From contig CAYOFQ010000001.1 of the NCBI GenBank assembly GCA_964403585.1, forward strand, positions 443,364 through 507,363: a DNA stretch of 64,000 nucleotides. The letters are read 5' to 3'. Of the stretch, positions 48,053 through 58,021 are shown piece after piece. Position numbers and translations under genes: made by a program. Source of the stretch: an uncultured Gammaproteobacteria bacterium. GTDB lineage: Bacteria > Patescibacteriota > Microgenomatia > JALYQM01. Position 1 is the first letter of the stretch; every line of letters begins with the position of its first letter. The notes under the pieces are model-generated. The model did no database searches, had not been told where the DNA came from, and worked only from the letters and a program-made list of their open reading frames with translations.

Positions 48053-49087
48053 TCAAGTAGTACGAAGCTCTTTTATCATGTTCCAAACTTCTGGGTGGTC
48101 TTGATCTTTATTATCAGGAATTCTTAATAGCTTGACATAGGTCCCCTTGCCAACATGATTATCAATAGACCGAGCTAGTTGGGGGACCAATGACGTGTCT
48201 CGACGAGCTGCTTGAACGTTTTGTACGAACTCCTCGCGCTCTTTGTCTGAGTAGAATCTCAATACTGATTCAAATAAACTGCCCGCCAAAGCAGTACGCG
48301 ATATAAGTGTTAATCTAAGATTCTTATGAACGGGGTCTTCGTAAACTACTTGTGCGTACTTTGGTTCAATTAAGATACTTTCCCCAAATAAATTATTAGG
48401 GGCAGAAAATGAAAGGAACCCATGAGGATTAGGTCGCTTATCAAGTTGTTTATAGATAAGTAAGTTTCGCTCCGCAAGCTTATCAGCTAAGAAAGCAGTG
48501 CCCACAACTTCGCGAAATTCTGTCTGCATATACGCCACAAATCCTTCTTCGAGTACCCATGGGCTTAGTGGGGAATTTGGGTTAAGGATTTCAAATCCTT
48601 GTCTGGAATAAATATTTGTCACCTTATTTTCTCTTATACTGTACACATTGGCAAAATGGCTTTCACCCGTCAAATGAAGACTCTCATGAAATCCACGGGA
48701 GACTAATTCAAGCACTGTATCTTGATACGGATCTGCCACTACACCGGCACCATGAATGTACCCAGCGTACCCTTTCTCAACTTTCTTGAATGGATGACGC
48801 ATTGCGGCAGTAAATTGATCCTGATCATCTTTAAAAAGAATAACAGGTGCTTGAACCTCGTCCAACGGAATATGAAAACGCTCAGCAATAAACGGCGTGA
48901 TCATAGCTAATGCTCGCTGTATATTTTCTGGTAACTTATGAGTATGATCGTACTGTTTTAGAATCTCACGATCAGCAGACGCAGACACGATTGTAACGGC
49001 ACCTTCCGCGATAAAGCGTGGATTATCATGATGAATTGGATGTATACGAAACTCTGGTCGGGATGAAAAATCGGATTCTTCTGTCAT
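48053..49087 (-). CDS. Hypothetical protein
   Basis: 344 aa, no recognised family. Confidence 0.4.
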   Translation of the reverse strand: MTEESDFSSRPEFRIHPIHHDNPRFIAEGAVTIVSASADREILKQYDHTHKLPENIQRALAMITPFIAERFHIPLDEVQAPVILFKDDQDQFTAAMRHPFKKVEKGYAGYIHGAGVVADPYQDTVLELVSRGFHESLHLTGESHFANVYSIRENKVTNIYSRQGFEILNPNSPLSPWVLEEGFVAYMQTEFREVVGTAFLADKLAERNLLIYKQLDKRPNPHGFLSFSAPNNLFGESILIEPKYAQVVYEDPVHKNLRLTLISRTALAGSLFESVLRFYSDKEREEFVQNVQAARRDTSLVPQLARSIDNHVGKGTYVKLLRIPDNKDQDHPEVWNMIKELRTT

Positions 49088-49321
49088 ACGGACAGTATAT
49101 CAAGTTTCACGAAACACAACCCGGGAATAACAGCACAACATAGCTCAAAAAGTAAAAACAATCTCTCGCATCACTGCAAGAAAAGCTTCACTGTTCTGAT
49201 CTCGTGTACCGTTTATTGTGTTCCGTTTTCCGTAGGGAGGGCACGCGAAGCGCGGCGTGTGTGCATCGCGCACCCTCCCTGCTTACATGCCTATGGCTCC
49301 GTCATCGGTCGCGTGGTTTGA

Positions 49322-50317
49322 TTATCGTTTCTCGTAGGTGACCGTCTCGTCGTCGTCGAAGGGAGCCCCGCCGCCCGCATCGAACTCGCGCTTGAGTTCC
49401 TCGATACGAGCGATCGCGCCCTTGATCAGCTGCTTGGGATCAGCGCCGATCAAGTTGATGCCGGGTATCAACCCCAGCACCAGGCCACTAATCATATCGA
49501 TCAGCTCTTGGTCGGTCACCCCTGCCGCAAGCATGCCGAGCAGCTCGAAGAGGCCGGCCATCATGAGCGAATCCGCGCTCGTGCCACCCATGTTCTCAAG
49601 GGTTAGCATAAGGTTGGTATTGCCTTTGAACGACGTAAGGGCGAGCACGATCCGCCGATCTGTTCCCAGCCGCGGCTGCATGGCCCACGTCCTCGTTTCC
49701 GCACCGAGAACACTGTCCCCGATCCGGAGGCGGTAGTCATACGCGTTCTCGCTACCGTCGACGAGGCTTCCAGTCCAGCGCGCGATGCGCCTAAGATGAG
49801 AGGATTGCTGGCCGAACAGGTCATGGGTATCGTCCGCGAGGAGCATGAGCGCGAACTCGATCGGGTGCATATTCTGCACCTGCTTGAGGTCGCGCTGTGC
49901 TCCCGCCAGTTCGGCAGTAATCTCTTCAACCTGCGCCTCCAAGCCGGGCACGCGGTTTGCCTCCGAACGGGCTTCTTCCAGCAACATAGTCGTCGATTGG
50001 TGAGCTTCGATCGCAGCCGTATGGGTGGCTTGCAGCTGTTCTAGCTCTTGGGCCAGTTGCTGACGTAGCTCCTCAGCTTCCCGAGCTGCGGTGTCCGCCT
50101 GCTCAATTCGCTGGTTCAACTCCTGGTTGGTGGCCGTGAGCTGAGCGTTCGCTGTGGCCAGCTGCTCATTCGTGGTGGCGAGCTGCGCCTCGGCGGTAAC
50201 AGCCGCATCCAGCAGCTGCCGCAGCTTGAGAACCATCCCTTTCAGGGTGTCACGCTGTCTCCACAGCGGCCCTCCTAGTGCGTCGATATTCGTATTCCGT
50301 ACGTCAAGTTCTGACAT
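49322..50317 (-). CDS. GC-rich coiled-coil protein (xenolog-like), unknown function
   Basis: N-terminal heptad-rich LATTNEQLATANAQLTATNQELNQ… coiled coil; coding region visibly GC-rich with multi-frame shadow ORFs typical of high-GC DNA. Confidence 0.5.
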   Translation of the reverse strand: MSELDVRNTNIDALGGPLWRQRDTLKGMVLKLRQLLDAAVTAEAQLATTNEQLATANAQLTATNQELNQRIEQADTAAREAEELRQQLAQELEQLQATHTAAIEAHQSTTMLLEEARSEANRVPGLEAQVEEITAELAGAQRDLKQVQNMHPIEFALMLLADDTHDLFGQQSSHLRRIARWTGSLVDGSENAYDYRLRIGDSVLGAETRTWAMQPRLGTDRRIVLALTSFKGNTNLMLTLENMGGTSADSLMMAGLFELLGMLAAGVTDQELIDMISGLVLGLIPGINLIGADPKQLIKGAIARIEELKREFDAGGGAPFDDDETVTYEKR

Positions 50318-50695
50318 GATCCGTGTCCTTGTCTACTATTCGATTCTTCCGTCATACTCATGCGTGTCCTTACGTAAAAGCCCTACGTTCGTACGTCCTT
50401 CTAGGGGAGTTTCCTCCTTCCTAGCTAGTCGCGGATCCAATGCACTTCTCAAGAGAAGTACTTTCTAAGCTCAAAACTCTAGCCTACAAAGTACCTCTCT
50501 TGAAAGTTTGGAAAATAAAACACAATAAATTCCCGGGTTGTTAAAGAACAAAATGGGCATGTTGCCCATCGTCGCTGCGATACATGATTCCCGTAGGAAA
50601 CCGTTCGCAAAGACGCAGTATTTTATATCATAATCTTAATCGATAGTCAATACTATAGGATAGGTTTGTTGATATTTAACAATTGAATTATTGAC

Positions 50696-52099
50696 ATGAA
50701 TCACGGTAAGATGCCTTCATCAATAATGCCTATGAAAAATGAACGAGCACGTAATTTAAATACCAAGAAAGCGGTCGATGGCGATTGTGTCATCTACTGG
50801 ATGTCCCGCGATCAGCGGGTAGAAGATAACTGGGCACTGCTTTATGCGCAGGAACTGGCTCAAGAGCAAAATATTCCGTTGATGGTTGTGTTTGCACTTT
50901 CGCACAATTTCCTTGGCGCCACTCTTAGACAGTATGATTTTATGCTACACGGACTGGCAGAAGTGAGAGAAAAATTAAACTGGAATAATATTCCGTTCCT
51001 GCTGCTGCAAAGTGAAAAAAAAGTTCCCGAGATGATCCTTGATAGCATTAATCAATACCACCCCGCGGCAGTAGTCACCGATTTTTCACCATTAAAAATA
51101 GGGAGACAATGGCGGGAATATGTAGCCCAACAAAGTTCAGTACCAGTGTTCGAAGTCGACAGCCATAATATTATTCCAGCTTGGATCACCAGCAGTAAAC
51201 AGGAATTTGCAGCGCATACTATCCGGCTGAAGATATATAAACTGCTCAACACTTATCTTGAACAATTTCCAAAGCTGCAGAAACAGGAAAAACCTCCCAT
51301 TACCTCAACCGAATGGTCAATAGAGAATGTCCTCGAAGCTCTTACGATTGATACAACAGTTCCTGCAGTCGATTGGATTACTCCGGGAGAGAGCGCTGCT
51401 CTTGATGTTTTGGATAACTTTATCACATACAGGCTTCAACGATATAATAATCAACGTAACGATCCGAATGAAAACGCACTTTCAAATCTTTCACCGTATC
51501 TCCATTTCGGTCAAATTAGTGCCCAAAGAATAGCTCTCGAGATCGTGGATGCCACCGGCAAAGGGCTCCAGCCAAAGCTGATAATGATCGAGTCAAGCGC
51601 CGAAGCCTTTTTGGAAGAACTTATCGTCAGACGGGAATTAGCAGATAACTATTGCTTGTATAATTCCAATTACGACTCCATACAGGGTGCCCCGGAATGG
51701 GGTATAAAAACGTTACATGAACATAGAGAAGATGTCAGGGAAATCCACTATTCACTTGCGCAACTGGAACAGGGGGCCACCCACGATACTATTTGGAACA
51801 CTGCGCAGAGAGAGATGGTTAATAAAGGTAAAATGCACGGATATATGCGCATGTATTGGGCTAAGAAATTACTGGAGTGGACCGAATCCCCGGAGCAGGC
51901 AATCGAATATGCTGTATACCTCAATGATAAATATGAGCTGGATGGACGCGATCCGAACGGCTATGTTGGAATATTATGGTCAATCGCCGGGTTGCATGAT
52001 CGCCCGTGGTTTGAGCGGGCTATATTTGGTAAAGTAAGATATATGTCTGCAAACGGATTAAAGACTAAATTTGATACCGAAAAATACAGCACGCGATGA
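50696..52099 (+). CDS. phr: Class II CPD photolyase
   Basis: VIYWMSRDQRVEDNWALLYAQ N-terminal motif characteristic of class II photolyases; C-terminal FAD-binding region. Confidence 0.7.
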   Translation: MNHGKMPSSIMPMKNERARNLNTKKAVDGDCVIYWMSRDQRVEDNWALLYAQELAQEQNIPLMVVFALSHNFLGATLRQYDFMLHGLAEVREKLNWNNIPFLLLQSEKKVPEMILDSINQYHPAAVVTDFSPLKIGRQWREYVAQQSSVPVFEVDSHNIIPAWITSSKQEFAAHTIRLKIYKLLNTYLEQFPKLQKQEKPPITSTEWSIENVLEALTIDTTVPAVDWITPGESAALDVLDNFITYRLQRYNNQRNDPNENALSNLSPYLHFGQISAQRIALEIVDATGKGLQPKLIMIESSAEAFLEELIVRRELADNYCLYNSNYDSIQGAPEWGIKTLHEHREDVREIHYSLAQLEQGATHDTIWNTAQREMVNKGKMHGYMRMYWAKKLLEWTESPEQAIEYAVYLNDKYELDGRDPNGYVGILWSIAGLHDRPWFERAIFGKVRYMSANGLKTKFDTEKYSTR

Positions 52100-52344
52100 C
52101 TTTTATTTCTATAATCCTCATAATAATTGGAATTTTTAACCTCGCAAACGGCCTTTCCGGCATTATTTTCAGGGTTTGTATCAGTTCCCGGCTATGTGGC
52201 ACTCTCTTTCCGATTTCAGCGATCCGATCCGCTTCGTTCGCGGAAAAGAGGCCCAATCTATGGGCATAGCCTACCTGATTTTAGGCATCGTTCCTGTATA
52301 TATCGGAATAGTATTTTGGAGTCGAATACTTTAAGGATATTAGT

Positions 52345-52773
52345 ATGAGTGATTACAATCCGAATTATGTTGAAGTAAAGTCATATGCCTTAGTCGGGCA
52401 AAAGGCCATTCTCACCAATGCCGAAAACAAAATTTTGCTTTTGCACCGCTCAGACAAAATGGGGCCGGAAATGAAGTGGTCACTGCCCGGTGGAGCCATC
52501 GAACGTGGGGAAGATCCATTGGGAGCGATGCTCAGAGAAATTGCCGAGGAAACGCAAATGGAGGTTCAGGACGTGCGTCCTTTTACCTCACGTTCCTATT
52601 TCAGCAACCAGGATGATTTTGTAATCATCATCGGCTATGTCGGAAAAGCAATCTCCGAAAATCCCACCTTGGATTGGGAACATACGGAATATAAATGGGT
52701 AACTAAAGCCGAAGCACTGGGAATGGATTTAACGCATGACGCAAGATTTTTTATTGAAAATATAAAAAGTTAG
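52345..52773 (+). CDS. Nudix hydrolase
   Basis: LPGGAIERGEDPLGAMLREIAEETQM Nudix box. Confidence 0.75.
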   Translation: MSDYNPNYVEVKSYALVGQKAILTNAENKILLLHRSDKMGPEMKWSLPGGAIERGEDPLGAMLREIAEETQMEVQDVRPFTSRSYFSNQDDFVIIIGYVGKAISENPTLDWEHTEYKWVTKAEALGMDLTHDARFFIENIKS

Positions 52774-52907
52774 AACAAGGGGCATCGGGGGCACAAAAAG
52801 TTTGAAATCTGAACGTACAATCAACATATCGCTAAAAGCGACACACTGAAGACTTTCAGAGACATTCCCTCGGTGTTATTCCCCCGATGCTCCTGCACGA
52901 CACGAAC

Positions 52908-53603
52908 TTACGGCTGTAGTAGCAAAACCAAGGTGACGATCGCGACTACGACCAATACCAGGTAGATAGTGATCGAGGCCAACGCCGATATCCGGGATAA
53001 TGATTTGTCCTGGCGGTTGCCCTCGACGTTTGCGACGCCGAGAATGAGCTGTACACCCATCAGGTATACGAACACCCACCAGGGCACCACACTGAGCCAG
53101 TAGAGCGCAATGATTGCCGAAATCGAGAAGATGGTCAGCAAGCAAGATAATGGTCGGTTACTGCCGATTAAAGCACGCAGAACACGTCCACCGTCAAGCG
53201 GGCTGATTGGAATCAAATTCAATAACACGAGTTGGGCATTGAGAGTGCCCACCATAATACTGAGTTTGTTCCACTCCGCGATTTCCGACAGGCGAATGCA
53301 CACCAGGCACACGAGAATGTTCATAAATGTACCGGCCAAAGAGAAGGCGAGATCCTCACCACGAGTAATCTCGTACATTACCTCCTCAGCTTTCTCAGGC
53401 ACCACAACAGCGCCCAGCGGCGGCACAAAGATCATCCACGCCTTGTATCTGAAGGCTCGTAACACTAGCCAATGGCCAAGCTCATGAATGAAGAGCGTCG
53501 CAACAATGACGTTGGCCATAACAGGATCACCAGTCAGGTACCTGAACACCAGAATTGAGAGTGCGGCCGACGCGATCGCGGTGAAGGATTTTTTAAGGTG
53601 CAT
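52908..53603 (-). CDS. M50 (site-2 protease-like) metallopeptidase, GC-richer paralog
   Basis: HELGHW HExxH motif in TM helix, LIPISPLDGGRVL motif; start MHLKK (53603); alternative upstream start at 53672. Confidence 0.6.
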   Translation of the reverse strand: MHLKKSFTAIASAALSILVFRYLTGDPVMANVIVATLFIHELGHWLVLRAFRYKAWMIFVPPLGAVVVPEKAEEVMYEITRGEDLAFSLAGTFMNILVCLVCIRLSEIAEWNKLSIMVGTLNAQLVLLNLIPISPLDGGRVLRALIGSNRPLSCLLTIFSISAIIALYWLSVVPWWVFVYLMGVQLILGVANVEGNRQDKSLSRISALASITIYLVLVVVAIVTLVLLLQP

Positions 53604-53896
53604 CTGTCCCTCGCTACTAAAAACGGTTAATACTTGGTGGTGATACTTACTACCTAAACAACTATGTAGCAAATATCACCACCAAAAGTTCGTGAAATTA
53701 AAGTGCAGGTTGAGCTGAAACGAGCACAAAGTACTGATTGCAGCTGGGGGTATTATAGCACAAAATAGGTATAAAGTAAAATACTATAGGTTAGTAAGTG
53801 AGGCGCAAAATTAACCAATCATTTTGAGAAAAAGGCTTAATAAGAATAAAAACGTTAAAATAAGCAAATTAAGGGGCAGTTCCCTGCTTTTAGCCA

Positions 53897-53931
53897 CAAA
53901 AAAAGAGCTTAATTCCGTAAGCTCTTTTCTC
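53897..53931 (-). terminator. Rho-independent terminator after tRNA-Thr/tRNA-Tyr operon
   Basis: aagagctta-attccg-taagctctt perfect 9-bp stem flanked by A-run/T-run; U-tract on the minus strand just 3' of tRNA-Tyr. Confidence 0.65.
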
Positions 53932-53933
53932 TG

Positions 53934-54018
53934 TGCAGAGGGAAGGATTCGAACCTTCGTAGACAGTTAAGTCGACAGATTTACAGTCTGTTCCGATTGG
54001 CCACTCCGGCACCTCTGC
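53934..54018 (-). tRNA. tRNA-Tyr (GTA), class II long variable arm, CCA not encoded
   Basis: GCAGAGG-TG-CCG…anticodon stem ACAGA/TCTGT loop CTGTAAA; long variable arm; T arm GAAGGTTCGAATCCTTC; acceptor CCTCTGC-A. Confidence 0.8.
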
Positions 54019-54092
54019 GAATTTCCTTTGCTTAACACAAAGGAAATTCGTCCCCAAACGAAGTGCAGGGGACTTCCTTAATGTATTAAGCC

Positions 54093-54167
54093 TGGAGCCG
54101 ACTGCCAGATTCGGACTGGCGACCCACAGTTTACAAAACTGTTGCTCTACCGCTGAGCTAAGTCGGC
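54093..54167 (-). tRNA. tRNA-Thr (TGT)
   Basis: GCCGACT…D arm TAGCTCAGCGGTAGAGC…anticodon stem ACAGT/ACTGT loop TTTGTAA…AGTCGGC-T-CCA. Confidence 0.8.
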
Positions 54168-54178
54168 TAATTTTTGTA

Positions 54179-54604
54179 TTATACCGTTTCTTCTTCGCTT
54201 ATTAAACTATCAGTTAAGGCCAGAACTGCGTGTACTAATTCTCCCGGCCCGGATATTTCCCATTGCACGGCAATTCTTTCCAGTTCTCTGTTCGCTTCAA
54301 CGGCCGCTTTTTTTAAGTCATCTTCTTGCTTTGTTCCGTGGTTCTTCCCGGTCAACGGATCATACATATGCGGAGGACGGTCTAATGCCACCTGATTCGC
54401 ATACGCTAACCCGATTATTCCACTTCGACTGAGCCGTCGCAGAAAATACCGTTGGGAAACACTATCACCAAATCGATCGCCCGGAAGAATAACCCCATCA
54501 AACAACTGCCTGCACACTTTCCGTGCATTTTTAGCCGTCTCTTCAGAACTGATTCTGCTGACTGCTGCTTCAAACACTCTCGGCAACCGTTGTTCTACAG
54601 CCAT
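54179..54604 (-). CDS. Hypothetical protein
   Basis: 141 aa; no confident family assignment. Confidence 0.35.
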   Translation of the reverse strand: MAVEQRLPRVFEAAVSRISSEETAKNARKVCRQLFDGVILPGDRFGDSVSQRYFLRRLSRSGIIGLAYANQVALDRPPHMYDPLTGKNHGTKQEDDLKKAAVEANRELERIAVQWEISGPGELVHAVLALTDSLISEEETV

Positions 54605-54918
54605 ATCTGAGCTCTACGATTCTACAAAAAATCTCCTGCTCGCGCAAGGAGATGACCTGAGAATTGTATATATACCCACCGATAGCGTGAACTCCTTTTA
54701 AACTTTTCCTGAAATGAATCAGGTGGGCGGCAGGGTACAACCGAACAAAATGTCAAGAAATACACCACACCATGCCCAAGTTTAAAAACTTGTAGAGAAA
54801 AATTTATCCAGAGCCTTATACGCGTACCGGTGGGCAAAACGAATAGTGACTTTCATCAATATTCATGATCATCATACGGGAAATATAGCTACCTGTCAAG
54901 ATTCTTATAGTAATGATA

Positions 54919-55545
54919 TCAAATATTAAAGCCTAAAATACCCATTATCGTATCAATAATCGGCCCGATAATTCCGGGAATTAAACTGCTGCCGGATATA
55001 ACTAAAAATAGCAGAATGTACACACCGTACAGATCCAAAAATTGCCAGATCGGAGCCAGGCTGGCCGGTAATACTCCTCGGTAGATTTTTGAACCGTCCA
55101 AAGGAGGAATCGGCAAAAGGTTAAAAACAGCTAATGACACGTTTACTGAGCCGATTAAGTATAGAATTGCGGGTAAAATGCCCGATTGCGGGATAAAACG
55201 AAAAATAGTTCCGACTATCGCTGCCACCAGAATATTCGAGGCAGGGCCGGCCAGAGCGATAATAGCGTTATCTTTGGCTTCATCTCTCAAATTGAACGAG
55301 TCTACCGGTACGGGTTTCCCCCAACCGAAACCGGCTAAGAGGAACATAATACTGCCCCAAACATCCAGATGCCGGCGCGGATCAAGAGATTTACGCCCTA
55401 AAAGCCGTGCCGTCGGATCTCCAAGCTCATCCGCCGACCAGGCATGGGCAAATTCGTGTACGGTTACCGCCAGCACTATCGCTGCCAGGAAAATAACTAC
55501 CTCAATGGGGTCGTTTAAAAGTTGCTGAATATACATAGGCCTCAT
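54919..55545 (-). CDS. M50-family (site-2 protease-like) metallopeptidase
   Basis: HEFAHAW HExxH in TM, LLPIPPLDGSKI motif. Confidence 0.65.
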   Translation of the reverse strand: MRPMYIQQLLNDPIEVVIFLAAIVLAVTVHEFAHAWSADELGDPTARLLGRKSLDPRRHLDVWGSIMFLLAGFGWGKPVPVDSFNLRDEAKDNAIIALAGPASNILVAAIVGTIFRFIPQSGILPAILYLIGSVNVSLAVFNLLPIPPLDGSKIYRGVLPASLAPIWQFLDLYGVYILLFLVISGSSLIPGIIGPIIDTIMGILGFNI

Positions 55546-55629
55546 TTCTAGCGCGTTAATGCTTGACGCTCAACGCTTTTTTGTGGTAAACTTCCTAAGA
55601 TTATACCAGTAATTTGAGAGAGAAAATAT

Positions 55630-55878
55630 ATGAGAACTTGTGACTTAAGCGGAAAATCAACCAAAGTTGGCGTGTCAGGACGACACAGACACTCAGGTGC
55701 ATGGGCGATGAAAGCTCCTTCATCTCAAAAAGTCTGGTATCCTAATCTTCACTCAACATCAGTCAAAATCGATGGTGTTACCAAGCGACTCAAGGTCAGC
55801 ACCAAAGCTCTTCGAGCTCTTAAGGCTAATGGCGGTACATTTACCCGCGCTGAAGCTAAAGCGCTTGGCTTGATATAA
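55630..55878 (+). CDS. rpmB: 50S ribosomal protein L28
   Basis: MRTCDLSGK… N-terminus and conserved PNLHS motif; 82 aa basic protein. Confidence 0.7.
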   Translation: MRTCDLSGKSTKVGVSGRHRHSGAWAMKAPSSQKVWYPNLHSTSVKIDGVTKRLKVSTKALRALKANGGTFTRAEAKALGLI

Positions 55879-55900
55879 AATTGCTGCTAGACTGAGTATC

Positions 55901-56452
55901 ATGTCAGATAATCCGTTCAAACTAATCTCCACTGAAATAAAATATCAGAACCGATGGATCTCTGTTCGAGAGGATAAAGTTATTCGTCCCGGCGGTTCCG
56001 AAGGGATCTTCGGCATCGTAACCATGTTACCGGGCTCTACCGTACTGGCAATTAATGACAAAAAACAAATAATTCTAACACGGGAATTCAAATATGGAGC
56101 AGACCAGTATTCTAGCGAGGTTATTAGCGGTGGTATAAGCGAGGGAGAAACACCACTTGATGCCGCCAAACGGGAACTGGAAGAAGAAGTTGGATATACA
56201 GCGGAAAAATGGATCGATGCCGGAGTAGTAAACCCGTTCCCCACCGTCGTAAATTCGCCAAATTATATGTTTATTGCTATGAACCTCGTTAAATCTACAG
56301 AAAATCCGGATGAAGGCGAAGTAATTACTCATCGCTGGATTGCACTTGATGAGGCGTATAAAATGGTATTATCCAGTGAAATTATTCATGCAGCAAGCGC
56401 AATGCTCATTTACCGTGCACATATCCTCGATGCTGAAAAGAAACTTTTTTAA
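55901..56452 (+). CDS. Nudix hydrolase (ADP-ribose pyrophosphatase-like)
   Basis: ISGGISEGETPLDAAKRELEEEVGY Nudix box. Confidence 0.75.
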   Translation: MSDNPFKLISTEIKYQNRWISVREDKVIRPGGSEGIFGIVTMLPGSTVLAINDKKQIILTREFKYGADQYSSEVISGGISEGETPLDAAKRELEEEVGYTAEKWIDAGVVNPFPTVVNSPNYMFIAMNLVKSTENPDEGEVITHRWIALDEAYKMVLSSEIIHAASAMLIYRAHILDAEKKLF

Positions 56453-56465
56453 GCGTAACCAGGAA

Positions 56466-57416
56466 TTAACCAAGATTGATACTACTGAATGATGTTTTCG
56501 TCTCACTTTCAATTTGTACTTCATCAAGCACTAATTGTTCACCATTGAGAAACACACTGATCACTTTCATTCGTTTTTTTGTTACGCCATCCCAATTTTC
56601 CCGCCCGTGAGGCGGCATTCCCAAAGCTATTCGCATATCGTCAGGTAGGTGGATCTTTCCATCCTGTTCCTCCCAAACTTCTGTCCAGGTTCCCGGCCAG
56701 GGGGCAAAAGCGCGTACCATCCGTTCAATCTGCCCGGCAGATTGTGACCAATCAATTTTCCCGTTGTCGCGGGATAAAAGGGGAGTGTTTGTCGCTTGCG
56801 TATGATCCTGCGGTTGCGGAACCAGCTTCCCGTCTAAATAATCAGGGAGCACCTTCATCAACAGTTCGGTTCCAATCTTGAATCCTTTAACATAATATGT
56901 ATCAGGTGTTTCATTTGGTGCCACGTCAAATTTCTCCTGTGCTAAGACCGGGCCGGTATCCTGACTGGCTTCCAGCAGCATAATTGATACACCGCTTACC
57001 GTTTCTCCGTTATAAATAACCATCTGCCCCGGCGTTGCCCCACGATATTTTGGCAATAAACTGGGATGAGTATTCACAATTCCTTGCGGAAAAATATCAA
57101 TAACTGCTTGCGTCAAAATCCGTCCATAATAAACCAGCACGCCAAAATCAGGTTTCAACTCCTTAAGATGGTGAACATTATTATTTTCACCGAGCCCCTC
57201 ATCAATCTTTTTCCAGGATTTTGCCGGAATAATTTCAATATTCTTTTCCTTCGCCCACACACTCACCGGTGTAGGTGTAATAATTTGTTTCCGGCCAACC
57301 GGTTTATCCGGCTGCGTCACGACAGCCACAATTTCGTATAACTGATCGGCATATAAGGCGTCGAGTGCCGGTAGACTATGCTGAGATGATCCAAAAAAAA
57401 CAACGCGGTATTTCAT
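56466..57416 (-). CDS. fmt: Methionyl-tRNA formyltransferase
   Basis: MKYRVVFFGS…VTQPDKPVGRKQ…VNTHPSLLPKYRG (SLLP motif). Confidence 0.85.
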   Translation of the reverse strand: MKYRVVFFGSSQHSLPALDALYADQLYEIVAVVTQPDKPVGRKQIITPTPVSVWAKEKNIEIIPAKSWKKIDEGLGENNNVHHLKELKPDFGVLVYYGRILTQAVIDIFPQGIVNTHPSLLPKYRGATPGQMVIYNGETVSGVSIMLLEASQDTGPVLAQEKFDVAPNETPDTYYVKGFKIGTELLMKVLPDYLDGKLVPQPQDHTQATNTPLLSRDNGKIDWSQSAGQIERMVRAFAPWPGTWTEVWEEQDGKIHLPDDMRIALGMPPHGRENWDGVTKKRMKVISVFLNGEQLVLDEVQIESETKTSFSSINLG

Positions 57417-57417
57417 A

Positions 57418-58020
57418 TTACTGGGCAAACATCCTCTCCTTTTCAGTTTCTAATAACGACAACAGACTATCCAATAACCCTGCGTCATCAAGTGTATCAG
57501 AATGCAGTGGTGCGAGTTTTGAGTTAAGCCAGGCTAACCATTTTTCCTGCGTTATTGCGTGCTTAATATAGTACTGGTCAGTATTGTCAGTTAATTGATT
57601 GAGCATTGGCATAATTTTATCAAACGTTGCGACCAGCCGGCTTTCTTTATCTTCCTTCTGTTCGTAGGTACGGATGAGGTCAGTCATCTCCGGGAATTCG
57701 GTAAACTCGGCAGCGATGCGCTCCAGTGAACGCTCCTCGCGCTCTTTTTTCGAAGCCTTTAGTTCTTCCGATGAAGTAAGCCCGGGAGTATCCCCGGCAT
57801 AGGTTTCGACGAGGTCATGCACTAACGCGTACCTGATTACTAAATCCAAATCGTAGGCTAATTTTTGTGTCGAAATTACATACCAGCATAAAAGCGCCAG
57901 TTGATAACTGTGCTCCATATCGCTTTCCATACGGTCATCATGCACCACATGAACATCCCGGGCAATTGAACGGAATTTTTGTGTAAATCGGATAAAAGTT
58001 ACTACCGGCTGTATATCCAT
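57418..58020 (-). CDS. HD-domain phosphohydrolase (YfbR-like 5'-deoxynucleotidase family)
   Basis: …HSYQLALL… His…HD LVHDLVETYAGDTP motif. Confidence 0.6.
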   Translation of the reverse strand: MDIQPVVTFIRFTQKFRSIARDVHVVHDDRMESDMEHSYQLALLCWYVISTQKLAYDLDLVIRYALVHDLVETYAGDTPGLTSSEELKASKKEREERSLERIAAEFTEFPEMTDLIRTYEQKEDKESRLVATFDKIMPMLNQLTDNTDQYYIKHAITQEKWLAWLNSKLAPLHSDTLDDAGLLDSLLSLLETEKERMFAQ

Positions 58021-58021
58021 A

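Noticed and set aside
49338-50468. Several 80-130 aa ORFs on both strands overlapping the GC-rich coiled-coil gene
   Set aside because: Typical stop-codon-poor shadow frames of GC-rich DNA; only the 331-aa minus-strand ORF has protein-like composition.
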